64,000 bases of DNA from Ignavibacteriota bacterium (lineage in GTDB: Bacteria; Bacteroidota; Ignavibacteria; UBA10030; UBA6906). The translations under genes and the position numbers were made by a program. Below the pieces are notes generated by a model, which had not been told where the DNA came from, did not search any database, and saw nothing but the letters and a program-made list of their open reading frames with translations. The DNA is taken from contig CAWKHH010000003.1 in NCBI GenBank assembly GCA_963849385.1, positions 419,974-483,973 of the forward strand, read 5' to 3'. Shown here piece by piece: positions 1 through 9,530 of the stretch. The number at the start of each line of letters is the position of its first letter. The first letter of the stretch is position 1.

Positions 1-659
1 TTGTAGGAGATCGCAGCCCGCGCCGCGTTTATCGCACTCACTACATGGTTGATGAGGATTGCTGCGCCGACAAACTTCCGGTTATTGTACATGTTTTCGC
101 TTGTGATACGTTGCTCCCGATAGGTGAGCCTCGAGTCCTCCGTATCCCACCGCCAGAACTGCCCGGCGGATGTGCTGTACACCTTGTCCGGCTCCCGGTC
201 ACGAAGACGCTTGTCATTGTACTCATCCATCGTGAGGAAGTTGCCGATATCCACGAAGAACTGATCATTCTTACCGTCAATGCTGACACCTGCACGGGCC
301 GCAGCAAAGGAACGGGCACCATCGCGCAGATCATTGCCGTGAATTTCGAATGCCGCATAGGTGATCCAGAGGCCGCCTTCGGCGATCAAAAAGTACTTCC
401 CGGAACTGAATCCCTCAGCATAAAGCTCCCCCATCCCGGGGATAAGCAACGAGTAAAGGGCAGCGAGACCAACAGACTTCTTCACTGGCACTTGCTCTTC
501 AGCAGCTTGCTGAAAGGGTGGCGCCAGGGGAACGGTGGAGAATAAATCGTGCGAAATTTGCCGGTGGGTGAGGCGCGGCGATTGCGCCACTCCGGAAGAT
601 GAGGCAAGACAGAGGCCAACAAGCAACAGAGACGTGAACCGCAGTCGTATGGTCATCAT
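1..659 (-). CDS. Hypothetical secreted protein with N-terminal signal peptide (MMTIRLRFTSLLLVGLCLASSSGVAQ...); 3' end runs off the window edge. Not present in the supplied ORF track.
   Basis: Translated by hand from the reverse strand. ATG at 659-657 sits in a 4-bp ATGA overlap with the stop of the upstream DUF512 gene. The frame stays open for 219 codons to position 3. Hydrophobic signal-like N-terminus. No family recognised. Confidence 0.45.
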   Translation of the reverse strand, partial: MMTIRLRFTSLLLVGLCLASSSGVAQSPRLTHRQISHDLFSTVPLAPPFQQAAEEQVPVKKSVGLAALYSLLIPGMGELYAEGFSSGKYFLIAEGGLWITYAAFEIHGNDLRDGARSFAAARAGVSIDGKNDQFFVDIGNFLTMDEYNDKRLRDREPDKVYSTSAGQFWRWDTEDSRLTYREQRITSENMYNNRKFVGAAILINHVVSAINAARAAISY

Positions 660-2033
660 GAAGCTCCTTTTGTGCGTGAAGATCGTACCAACGGCCCGGT
701 TCGTCGCCTCCTTTCAGAAGTACGGAGCCTGTGGAAGACGTCGCCCCAGCGGCCGGCGAACACCATGACCGGCGCCTGCAACTTCTCTTCCAGCTGCCCG
801 ATAGTCATATCATCAAGAAAGAGACCGGACGCATTGAGAACGTCCGGCGGAAGGAGCACAAGGTCAGCATTCTTGCACGTACCTTTCAACGCTGAATATA
901 GACATTTCCCCGAAAGAAGTCCAGAAACCGTGACGTTGGGTCCGAATAGCATATTTGAGGCAACGGTGAGGTCTGTCGACAGGTTCCGAATCCCTTGTAG
1001 CCGGGGCAAAACCTCACGGCGCATCATGTTGCCTGCCAGCCTTCCTGTCACCATCACAAGCTTTTTGCGCCTGGCAAGGCGAGCCGGGAATCTGGCCGCC
1101 GCTCTCCGGAATTGCATTATGAATCGCCGGACCATTCCCACCCCATTCTCAAGCTGCGGAAATCCGTCATAGTATGAAGCCGCAGGGATGTCCCGCCCGG
1201 CGGTGATGAAAAACTCATCCGATGGATAGACAAAGGCACGCCCGATCTCCGCGCGAAATGCATTCTGCCAGGCGCCTATTGTATCCAGCAGGGCATTGGC
1301 AAATAGTCTTGTCCACACGCTGCAACTGCGCGAGGTTGAACCGATGGTCCGTCAAGCCCACAGGAACAACCGCAAGCGAGATGATCCGTCGATGATACCG
1401 ATAGAGGTCACGAACGGTGTTGTCAAGAACGGCACGATCGTTTATTCCCGGACAGAGGACAATCTGTGTATGCATGTCGATGCCCCCGTCATGCAAGAGC
1501 TTGATCTTGTCAAGAATCTGATCGTCCTTGCTGATTCCCATCAATCGCTTCCGGACTTCCAGGTCCGTTGCATGCACAGAAATGTATTGTGGAGAAAGCC
1601 TCTGACTGATGATCCGCTGGAGAATCGCCGGCCCGGCATTGGTCATGGTGGTGTAGTTGCCGTACATGAACGACAACCGGTAGTCGCCGTCACGGAAGTA
1701 GAGTTCCTTCCGGAGCCCCTCCGGGTTCTGATCGACAAAGCAGAAGATGCAGTCGTTCCCGCACGACAGGATCTTCATTTCCCCGAAGTCGAGGCCGAGA
1801 GGCTCCAGGTCATCTTTCTCGATCTCAAATTCGATGATTTCGCCATTGCGTGCAATGCGCAGGAGCAGTCCTTCATCACCTTCGTGAAACCGGTAATCGA
1901 GGATGTCCCGTACCGGCGTGTCGTTGATCGCCAGAAGTTCATCGCCTGCCGCAAGGCCGGCTGCTTCGGCAATGCCCCCGGCATGTACTCCGGTGATCTT
2001 CATCGCATGATCTCCTCGACTACTCCGAGGCAT
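656..2033 (-). CDS. PDZ domain + radical-SAM-like DUF512 family protein. Split by a frameshift: ORFs 1215..2033 and 656..1318 overlap in different frames.
   Basis: N-terminal part has a PDZ-like region (GIAEAAGLAAGDELLAIND) and a CxxxCxFC motif (SCGNDCIFCF). C-terminal part has the DUF512-like FVYPSDEFFITAGR region. The two ORFs overlap over 1215-1318. Confidence 0.7.
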
Positions 2034-3306
2034 CGTTCCTGATGGGCTTCGGTGATCCGAACACTCACCATCATGTTTTCGCCGGCAGCGTCCCTTTCCA
2101 CGCCAACCCGCAAAAACGCATCCGTAAAACCGTATCTCGACCCATCTTCAATGGTGCTCTCCGTCAGCACCTTCACACTCTTCCCCACCATGCTCCTGCA
2201 CCAGGCCATGCGTTTCCGTTCGCTCAGCATGCGGAGTATCGCGTTGCGCGAAGACCGCTCCTGTGGAACCACCTGCCCGGGGAGCGTTGCAGCGGGTGTG
2301 TGCGGCCGCTCGGAGTATGTGAAGACATGAAGATACGATACCGGAAGTTCTGTCAGGAACCGGCACGTCTGCTGAAATTCCTCATGCGTTTCACCCGGGA
2401 ATCCAACGATCACATCTGCACCAATCCCGCTCTCAGGAAACCGTTCCCGGACCCTGCCCACAAGGTCAGCATAAAACCCCGTGGTGTATCTCCGCCGCAT
2501 CCGTCCAAGCACCGCATCAGATCCGCTTTGCAGGGGAATATGAAAGTGCTTGCAGATCACGTCATGCCGGTCAATGATATCCAGAAGGTCCGTTGTCAGA
2601 AGATTGGGTTCAATGGAAGAAATCCGTATCCTGTGCAGACCTGCCACGCCAACGAGCTGACTCAGAAGGCCGGGTAGGTCCTCCCCCTGCTTCCGCCCAT
2701 AGTCACCGACATTGACACCGGTCAGGACGATCTCCTTAAACCCCTGGCGGACCAGCTGTTCCGCTTGACGTACACTTTCCTCAATTGACTGACTTCGGCT
2801 TTCGCCGCGTGCAAGAGGGATAGTGCAGAAAGCGCAATGATAGTCGCAACCATCCTGGACCTTGAGATACCCGCGGGTCCGGTCGCCCGCAGCCGTCGAG
2901 AATGCAGGTCCGAACGTGTCGGCCCTTCCAGTACTCGGTTACGCAGACTCGAGGGGCCGGGTTCTTTCGGAACTCACCGGCAAAGGTGAAGATGGAGAAC
3001 TTCTCTTTCGTCCCCAGAACGAGGTCGACGCCATCGTATGGACGCCACTTGCTCCGGTGCCAGCTGCGCATAACACCCCGTCACCAGAACGAAGGCATCG
3101 GGCGATGTGCGGAGCGCCCTGCGTATCACCTGACGGCATTCCCGGTCCGCCCTCTCGGTGACGCTACAGGTGTTCAACAACACCACATCAGCGGGTTCAC
3201 CGGGCTCAGCAAGCTCGTAGCCTCTCTGGAGAAACTGCCCGCCCAGAGATGATGTCTCGGCAAAGTTGAGCTTGCAGCCGAGCGTATGGAGTGCTACACG
3301 AGCCAT
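2000..3306 (-). CDS. mtaB: MiaB-family tRNA methylthiotransferase, MtaB-like, interrupted by two frameshifts. Reading frame changes near 2975-3070 and again near 2880-2940.
   Basis: MTTase N-domain HTLGCKLNFAETS...LLNTCSVTERADRECRQ...VTGCYAQ in frame 0. GVDLVLGTKEKFSI in frame 2. Radical-SAM core YLKVQDGCDYHCAFCTIP...EIVLTGVNVGDYG in frame 1, hand-translated upstream of 2647 (the listed ORF starts at a GTG there). TRAM-like C-terminus. Confidence 0.7.
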
Positions 3307-3340
3307 GCAGGAGTCCGATCCACTCTACGGTGAAACAGAT

Positions 3341-3390
3341 GCAGTAAACAAAAGGGGGTTGACCGACGATCACTTGCAGTCAACCCCCTC
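3341..3390 (-). terminator. Putative rho-independent terminator downstream of rpsA
   Basis: Inverted repeat GGGGGTTGAC (3354-3363) / GTCAACCCCC (3379-3388). On the minus-strand transcript it is followed by UUUUGUUU. It lies between the rpsA stop (3407) and the mtaB start (3306). Confidence 0.5.
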
Positions 3391-3406
3391 AGGATGTACG
3401 GCGCTG

Positions 3407-5152
3407 TTAGTTCTCTTTCGGAATCGAGGTATCCCCGCTGGGGGTCTGCCCCGTTATCGTTGCGAGATCAGCCACGGTGTGGCCCGGAAGCTTGTGCGCG
3501 GCCATATAGTCCTGCACCACGCGGGTTTCCTTGCCTTTCAGAAATTCCACTGCCGAGAGAACGATCTTCTTCGCATCCTTGTCAAATTCAACGACGCGCA
3601 ACGGGAGCGGGTCGCCGATCTTAAACTTGTCTGCGATGTTCTTGATCTGTCCCATCGCCAGCTGCGAAATGGGCACAAATCCATCCACACCGAGCGGCAG
3701 CTCCACGATCACGCCCTTCTCAATGATGCGGACGATCTTGCCTTCCACCTCAGTGCCGATCTTGTAGTTCTCTCCAAATTTCTCCCACGGGTTGTCATCG
3801 ATCTGTTTGTGGCCGAGGGAGATCCGGCGTTGATCGACATCCACGCCGAGGATCAACACTTCGATCTCGTCCCCCTTCTTCACGATTTCGCCGGGGTGGC
3901 GGACTTTCTTTGTCCATGACAGGTCGGAGATGTGCACGAGGCCGTCCACACCCTGTTCCAGCTCCACGAACACGCCGAAGTTGGTCAGATTGCGCACGAT
4001 GCCCGTGTGTCGCGAACCCACCGGATACTTCTGCATGAGTGTCAACCACGGATCCGGTTCAAGCTGCTTGATGCCGAGCGAGAGTTTCTTGGCATCCTTG
4101 TCGAGGCTCAGGATCACTGCATCGACCATCTGCCCCATCGACACGACCTGCGAGGGGTGCTTGATGTGCTGTGTCCAGCTCATCTCGGAGATATGGATCA
4201 GACCTTCGATGCCCTTTTCGATTTCCACAAATGCACCGTAGTCTGCGAGCGAGACCACTTTGCCGGTAACCTTCGTGCCGACCGGGTATTTGGCCTGGAT
4301 GTTCTCCCAGGGATGCGGCTGAAGCTGTTTGTAACCGAGGGAGATGCGCTTCTTCTCCTGGTCGAAATCGAGCACCACGACGTTGATCGTCTGGTCCAGC
4401 TTGACGATTTCCGAAGGATGATTGATGCGGCCCCACGAAAGGTCGGTGATGTGCACGAGGCCGTCGACACCGCCGAGGTCTACGAACACACCGAAATCGG
4501 TGATGGCTTTGACGGACCCTTCAAGAATCTGACCTTTTTCGAGGCTCTCAATGATGGCCTTGCGCTGACCGGCCATTTCTTCCTCGACGAGCACCTTATG
4601 GCTGACGACGACGTTTTCGGATGGGTGGTTGATCTTCACCACGCGGAAGTCCATGATCTTGCCGATAAAGACATCGAAGTCGCGCACCGGGCGCACATCG
4701 ATTTGCGAGCCGGGAAGGAAGGCGTCGATCCCCATGAGGTCGACCACAATGCCGCCTTTGATGCGGCGGACACAGCGTCCCTGCAGCACTTCGCCGGTGG
4801 TAAAGGCTTTGGTGACCCGTTCCCACACCCGCATGAAATCCGCGCGCTTGCGTGACAGGACCAGCTGGCCGTCTTTGTTTTCCACGCTTTCAAGGAATAC
4901 TTCAATTTCTTCCCCGACCTTCAACTCATCCCGGCGCGGAAATTCCGCAAGCGAAACGACTCCTTCGGACTTAAAACCAATATCGACAGAGACTTCATTT
5001 TCGCCGATGGCGACGATCCGTCCTTTGACGATCTCGCCTTCGCTGATCTTGCCGAGGGTTCCCTCGTACAATTTCAACATCTCGTTGTAATCGGCCTCGT
5101 TGTAGTCGGGCTCGAACCGAGATGATCGTGTCGCCTTTTTTTCGTCAGCCAT
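3407..5152 (-). CDS. rpsA: 30S ribosomal protein S1
   Basis: 581 aa with six S1 RNA-binding repeats (repeated GxVxG / hydrophobic beta patterns). AGGAGG RBS immediately upstream. Sits in the conserved cmk-rpsA arrangement. Confidence 0.95.
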   Translation of the reverse strand: MADEKKATRSSRFEPDYNEADYNEMLKLYEGTLGKISEGEIVKGRIVAIGENEVSVDIGFKSEGVVSLAEFPRRDELKVGEEIEVFLESVENKDGQLVLSRKRADFMRVWERVTKAFTTGEVLQGRCVRRIKGGIVVDLMGIDAFLPGSQIDVRPVRDFDVFIGKIMDFRVVKINHPSENVVVSHKVLVEEEMAGQRKAIIESLEKGQILEGSVKAITDFGVFVDLGGVDGLVHITDLSWGRINHPSEIVKLDQTINVVVLDFDQEKKRISLGYKQLQPHPWENIQAKYPVGTKVTGKVVSLADYGAFVEIEKGIEGLIHISEMSWTQHIKHPSQVVSMGQMVDAVILSLDKDAKKLSLGIKQLEPDPWLTLMQKYPVGSRHTGIVRNLTNFGVFVELEQGVDGLVHISDLSWTKKVRHPGEIVKKGDEIEVLILGVDVDQRRISLGHKQIDDNPWEKFGENYKIGTEVEGKIVRIIEKGVIVELPLGVDGFVPISQLAMGQIKNIADKFKIGDPLPLRVVEFDKDAKKIVLSAVEFLKGKETRVVQDYMAAHKLPGHTVADLATITGQTPSGDTSIPKEN

Positions 5153-5300
5153 TCATCCTCCTGTTGTTCAACATACCATCCCGCACCCCGCGGGATATTC
5201 CACCGGATGTCCCACTCACCGACGTCATCTTGCGGCGTGGTAACGCCATCCGACGGATGTACGTATTTTATTGATGGGTTGTAGTGAGTTAGTGATGACG

Positions 5301-6177
5301 TTAAGCAATTGTTTCAATGGCGCGTTGCACGCGCTCCATCAGCCATTGTGGTGTCGATGTGGCGCCGCTGATACCCACGGTCGCCGCACCTGCAAACCAC
5401 TCCCGCTGCAATTCGTTTTCCTGTTCGATAAAGACCGACCGTGGGATTCGCCTCCCGGCAAATGTCGTACAGCACTTTCCCGTTCGAAGAATTCCGGCCG
5501 GCAACGAATACCATGACATCATTTGAGGCCGCATACTCCCGCAGCTTCTTGTCACGCCCTGCGACCTGTCCGCAAATGGTATCTTTTGCATGAAAGTCCA
5601 CGGCCGATTCTTCAAATGTCCCGATGACCACTTCGGCGATCTTTTCGCGCAGCACACGAGCGATGTCATAGAACGTCGGCTTGTCCATCGTGGTCTGCGA
5701 GAAGAGAACCGTCTTGCGCGTCGGATCCACGATGTTGATTTCATCCACCGATGTGATGACGACCGCGGTGCCGCCGGTCTGGCCGACCAGTCCGATCACT
5801 TCGGCGTGATCCCTTTTGCCGAAGATGACTATCTGATACCCGTTGTCAAAGAATTTGCGGATCCGCTCCTGCACTTTTGTCACCACAGGGCAGGTTGCAT
5901 CGATCAGTGTTATCCCGAGTTCCTTCGCCCGGGCAAAGGTTTCAGGCGGCTCACCATGCGCTCGAATCAACACCCGCTTGCCCGATACACGCGGAAGATC
6001 GTCATGCGTTATGGGAGTCAACCCCTTGACCCGGAGACGCTCAATCTCCACCGGATTATGGATCACCGGACCGAGTGAGTAGAGCTCCCGCTCCTCCTGC
6101 ATCTGCTCTTCAGCGATATCAATCGTGCGAACGACTCCCCAGCAAAATCCCGAATTGCGGTCGACTGTCACTTTCAT
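5301..6177 (-). CDS. ispH: 4-hydroxy-3-methylbut-2-enyl diphosphate reductase IspH/LytB, with a frameshift near 5440-5480
   Basis: N-terminal 270 aa are typical IspH (GFCWGVVRTI..., ATCPVVTKV, SSNGKVLYDIC). The authentic C-terminus (NELQREWFAGAATVGISGATSTPQWL) is in the overlapping ORF 5301..5744. ATGA overlap with cmk at 6174-6177. Confidence 0.85.
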
Positions 6178-6866
6178 GGTGCTGTACTCTCCTGCAGCTT
6201 CCTGGATACCGTGTCCAGAACAAGACGCACCTGCTGTTCAACTGTCATCGCCGAGGTGTCGACATCGATCGCATCATCGGCGCGCCGCAGGGGTGCTTCC
6301 GCACGACCTGCATCACGGGCGTCGCGTTCCTGTATATCAAGTAAAACGGCATCCAACGGCAAGAGAGTTCCCTTCGCCGCAAGTTCCTCCCGTCGCCGTC
6401 GTGCACGAGCGTCGACTCCCGCCACCATAAAGAACTTCAGATCGGCGCCGGGAAAGACGACCGTCCCGATGTCACGTCCGTCCATCACAATTCCCCCCTC
6501 TGCTCCCAGAAGGCGCTGTTCGCGCACCATCGCACGCCGGACTTCAGCGTAGCCGCTGACGGGACTGACGGCCTTTGAGACTTCCGGAGTGCGGATGGCA
6601 CCGGTCACATCTTCGCCATCCAAAATCACCCGAAGCGCCCCGTTCTTCAACTGCATCGCGACATGCGTCGTCGGCATCAGCGCTTCGATCCGCTCCCTCT
6701 CCTCCACCCCAATCCCCTTGCGCAACACTTTGAGAGCGATCGCCCTGTACATCGCACCGGTGTCAACGTGAAGGTAGCCCAACCGTTCGGCCACCAACCT
6801 GGCCGTCGTGCTTTTTCCCGACGCCGCAGGGCCGTCGATGGCAATCACGAACTTCCGAGTGCTCAA
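6174..6866 (-). CDS. cmk: Cytidylate kinase
   Basis: P-loop IAIDGPAASGKST; motifs YLHVDTGAMYRA and GRDIGTVVFP; 230 aa. Confidence 0.9.
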   Translation of the reverse strand: MSTRKFVIAIDGPAASGKSTTARLVAERLGYLHVDTGAMYRAIALKVLRKGIGVEERERIEALMPTTHVAMQLKNGALRVILDGEDVTGAIRTPEVSKAVSPVSGYAEVRRAMVREQRLLGAEGGIVMDGRDIGTVVFPGADLKFFMVAGVDARARRRREELAAKGTLLPLDAVLLDIQERDARDAGRAEAPLRRADDAIDVDTSAMTVEQQVRLVLDTVSRKLQESTAP

Positions 6867-6986
6867 TCAGAGACTTCCACAAAGGAATTAAATATACGCA
6901 AATCTGTCAAATATGGCAACTTCTCCTCCCCTTTTCTTGATTGACGGCCTGAAATCCTTATATTCCAGTCAGATGCAGAGACCGCC
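6867..6986. promoter_or_regulatory. Divergent AT-rich intergenic region between cmk/ispH (minus strand) and the trmH-like gene (plus strand)
   Basis: About 120 bp non-coding and visibly AT-richer than the flanking DNA. Presumed bidirectional promoter region; no specific boxes assigned. Confidence 0.3.
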
Positions 6987-7537
6987 ATGCGCAAGCTAAA
7001 CCACGAAGAAATCTCGGCCCGCAGGGTACCGAGCCATGAAATCGCTCACATTGAGCGTATGCCGATCATTCGGCATGCTGGACAATATCCGTTCGCTCTA
7101 CAATGTAGGTTCTATTTTTCGGACTTCCGATGGTGCGCGCGTAAGCGGGTTGCTCCTCTGCGGCTTCACACCCCATCCCCCGCGACAGGAGATTGACAAA
7201 ACAGCGCTTGGTGCTACATCCACCGTCCCCTGGGACTATTTTCGGGATCCGCTTGAGGGAATCGCAGACAGCAAAACGCCGGGGCGCACGCATCTGCGTC
7301 CTGGAACACACGACGGAGAGCATCCCGTACTACGAGGTCACTCCCGATCTCTTCCCCCTTTGCCTCGTCGTCGGGAATGAACTGACGGGTGTCTCCTCCG
7401 GCATCCTCGCCGAAGCGGACATGGCAGTCGAGATTCCCATGTTCGGGGTGAAACAATCGTTGAACGCTGCAGTCGCCTACGGCATCGCGGTGTTCGAGCT
7501 GGTCAGAATCTGGCAGGAGACGAAGAAGAACTGCTGA
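6987..7537 (+). CDS. SpoU/TrmH-family RNA 2'-O-methyltransferase, with two frameshifts (about 7071 and about 7270)
   Basis: MRKLNHEEISARRVPSHE...MPII | GMLDNIRSLYNVGSIFRTSDGARVSGLLLCG | ...RGARICVLEHTTE...GNELTGVS...KQSLNAAVAYGIAVFEL. The SPOUT motifs are distributed across three listed ORF frames. Confidence 0.7.
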
Positions 7538-8204
7538 CGTCAAAGGCCAGGGTGTAGAAATCCGGCCGATCCAGCGTATGAATGCGAACGACGCCGGCAC
7601 GCACGAGCCCGACGAGAATGCGCGATGCACGGTGTTCGGAAATATTCACCAGGTTGCTGAATTCTTTCGCGGTGATCCTCTCATGCGTATCGAGATAGCG
7701 AAAGAGACGCTTCTCATTCTCTCCAAATTCGATCCGCACCGGGGGCGCATCCGGCCTTTCATTTCGCAGGATCTTCACCACTTCTTTGCTCGCCATCACG
7801 GTCTTGTCGTTTACGCGGATGTACACCCGCGTCCCTTCTCCGCCCTCGGGTGACCCGTTCACCGGTCCGGCAAAGTAATGGGGCTTGTCGGTACTCTCAC
7901 GCACGGTTGCAACAATCACATCCTTGCCGTTGAACGGTACGATATCGATTCCGGGCAGGATCTCCGGCTCGCAGAACACCGATCCGGCTTCGAGGATGAG
8001 ATCTGTTTCGCTCTTTTCGCTTTCAACACCGACAATGGAGCCGTCATCATCCACGCCAAACAGGATGTGCCCCCCCTTGGTGTTGGAAAAAGCAATCAAT
8101 GCGCGTGCGATCTTTTCCGGTGTCGAGACCTTACGCTTGAACTCGATAGTGAAACCCTCGCCCTGTTCAATCAGGCGATTGACGTCTCTGTAGTCCATCT
8201 CCAC
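7503..8204 (-). CDS. AlbA_2 (Schlafen-like) domain protein with C-terminal winged-HTH; putative transcriptional regulator
   Basis: N-terminus FTIEFKRKVSTPEKIARALIAFSNTKGGHILFGVDDDGSIVGV is an AlbA_2-type fold. C-terminus RITAKEFSNLVNISEHRASRILVGLVRAGVV is HTH-like. Confidence 0.55.
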   Translation of the reverse strand: MEMDYRDVNRLIEQGEGFTIEFKRKVSTPEKIARALIAFSNTKGGHILFGVDDDGSIVGVESEKSETDLILEAGSVFCEPEILPGIDIVPFNGKDVIVATVRESTDKPHYFAGPVNGSPEGGEGTRVYIRVNDKTVMASKEVVKILRNERPDAPPVRIEFGENEKRLFRYLDTHERITAKEFSNLVNISEHRASRILVGLVRAGVVRIHTLDRPDFYTLAFDVSSSSSSPARF

Positions 8205-9084
8205 TCCCCTGGTCAGTCGCTATGGTGTCCGGCACCGGCTGTGGTGGCGGCGTCGAATCGGCAGGTATGTGCTGATGTGGCATTACTGAGTCCGCACTGG
8301 CACCCGATGAATCGTGAAGCCAGTGACGGGATGACATGCGATCCAACACGATTGCTTTGCGGCGGAGAACATACCGGCTGTCGATGTTCGGCATGTGACG
8401 CAGCGGACTGGGGATGACGGCGGCGAGGCGCGTAGCTTCGTCAAGCGTCAGAGCTGAAGCAGGTTTCCCAAAATACGTCCGTGCGGCAGCTTCGATGCCG
8501 AAAATCCCCCTGCCCCATTCCACGATATTCACATAGAGCTCCAGAATCCTTTGCTTGCTCAGAAGGCGTTCCATCATGAGTGTGATAGCGACTTCCTTCA
8601 GCTTTCTGACGGGATCCTTGGAGGTTGACAGAAAGAGATTTTTGGCAAGCTGTTGCGTGATCGTGCTCGCCCCGCGCGCAGGCTTCCCCTCTTCCAGGTT
8701 CTTTTCGAACGATTCCTGCACTTCGAACCAGTCAATCCCCCCATGTTCGAAAAACGTGCCATCCTCCGCGACAATGACGGCGTCGATGACATGCTTCGGC
8801 AGCCTGGAGAGCGGCACCCACTGACGGACAATCTTCAGGGGCTTCCCGTCGTCTTCTGCTTCGCGAAGGCGCTGTCGCATAAGGGCGGTCTCGGAGGGGT
8901 TATCGGATCTCAGACGGTACACCCCGAGATAGGGCAGCGTGAGAAGTTCTAAAAAAACACATGCCGCCACGACAAGCAACGCGGTCTTCCACTTGTGCGC
9001 CCGCATCCAGTTCAGGATGCGTTGCATGCGCCCGGAGGACGGTTCGGTCGGGTCGTCGGCCGGTCCGACGGTCTGTTCAGTCAA
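8167..9084 (-). CDS. mtgA: Monofunctional biosynthetic peptidoglycan transglycosylase
   Basis: N-terminal TM helix. GT51 motifs EDGTFFEHGGID, GASTITQQLAKN, RKLKE...MERLLSKQRILELYVN. Confidence 0.85.
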   Translation of the reverse strand: MTEQTVGPADDPTEPSSGRMQRILNWMRAHKWKTALLVVAACVFLELLTLPYLGVYRLRSDNPSETALMRQRLREAEDDGKPLKIVRQWVPLSRLPKHVIDAVIVAEDGTFFEHGGIDWFEVQESFEKNLEEGKPARGASTITQQLAKNLFLSTSKDPVRKLKEVAITLMMERLLSKQRILELYVNIVEWGRGIFGIEAAARTYFGKPASALTLDEATRLAAVIPSPLRHMPNIDSRYVLRRKAIVLDRMSSRHWLHDSSGASADSVMPHQHIPADSTPPPQPVPDTIATDQGSGDGLQRRQSPD

Positions 9085-9518
9085 CGATTGGGATCCAGGG
9101 AATTTGTTTGTGAGTCCAGATATTCCTGCAACAACAGCCGCGCAGCCATCTCATCAAGAACACCCTTCTGTCGCCGCTGCTTCTTCTTCATTCCGCCCTC
9201 CCGGAGCGTGGCACCTGCATCTATTGTGGTGTTACTCTCGTCCCATGTTGTCACAGGAACTGTCACCGCATCATGCAATCGCTGGATAAACAGACTGACC
9301 TCTTCCCCTTTTTTCCCGAGGCCGCCGTCGGGAGCGTACGGCATCCCCACAACAATGACGACGACCTGGTTGTCTTCAACGAAACTGGCCAGCGTGTTGA
9401 TGAGCGACGGGGTATTCTGCAACACTCCCGCGCCGCTCGCTATGATGCGCAGCGGGTCGCTCAACGCCAATCCAACCCGCCTGCTGCCATAATCGATTCC
9501 GAGTGCGCGCCCCATCAT
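9081..9518 (-). CDS. ruvX: Holliday-junction resolvase-like nuclease YqgF/RuvX
   Basis: GIDYGSRRVGLALSD...VVGMPYAPDG...RLLLQEYLD; 145 aa; ATGA overlap with mtgA. Confidence 0.85.
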   Translation of the reverse strand: MMGRALGIDYGSRRVGLALSDPLRIIASGAGVLQNTPSLINTLASFVEDNQVVVIVVGMPYAPDGGLGKKGEEVSLFIQRLHDAVTVPVTTWDESNTTIDAGATLREGGMKKKQRRQKGVLDEMAARLLLQEYLDSQTNSLDPNR

Positions 9519-9530
9519 CGTACAGTCCGC

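Noticed and set aside
45-545. Listed ORFs 45..545(+) and 41..358(-) at the window start
   Set aside because: No protein-like composition. A different minus-strand frame is open across the whole region, with a signal peptide and an ATGA-coupled start at 659.
3932-4855. Long plus-strand ORFs antisense to rpsA (3932..4855), relA (10431..11090), der (13842..14537) and the kinase fusion (19151..19501 and others)
   Set aside because: Typical high-GC antisense shadow ORFs. Low-complexity His/Asp/Arg-rich translations overlapping well-supported genes.
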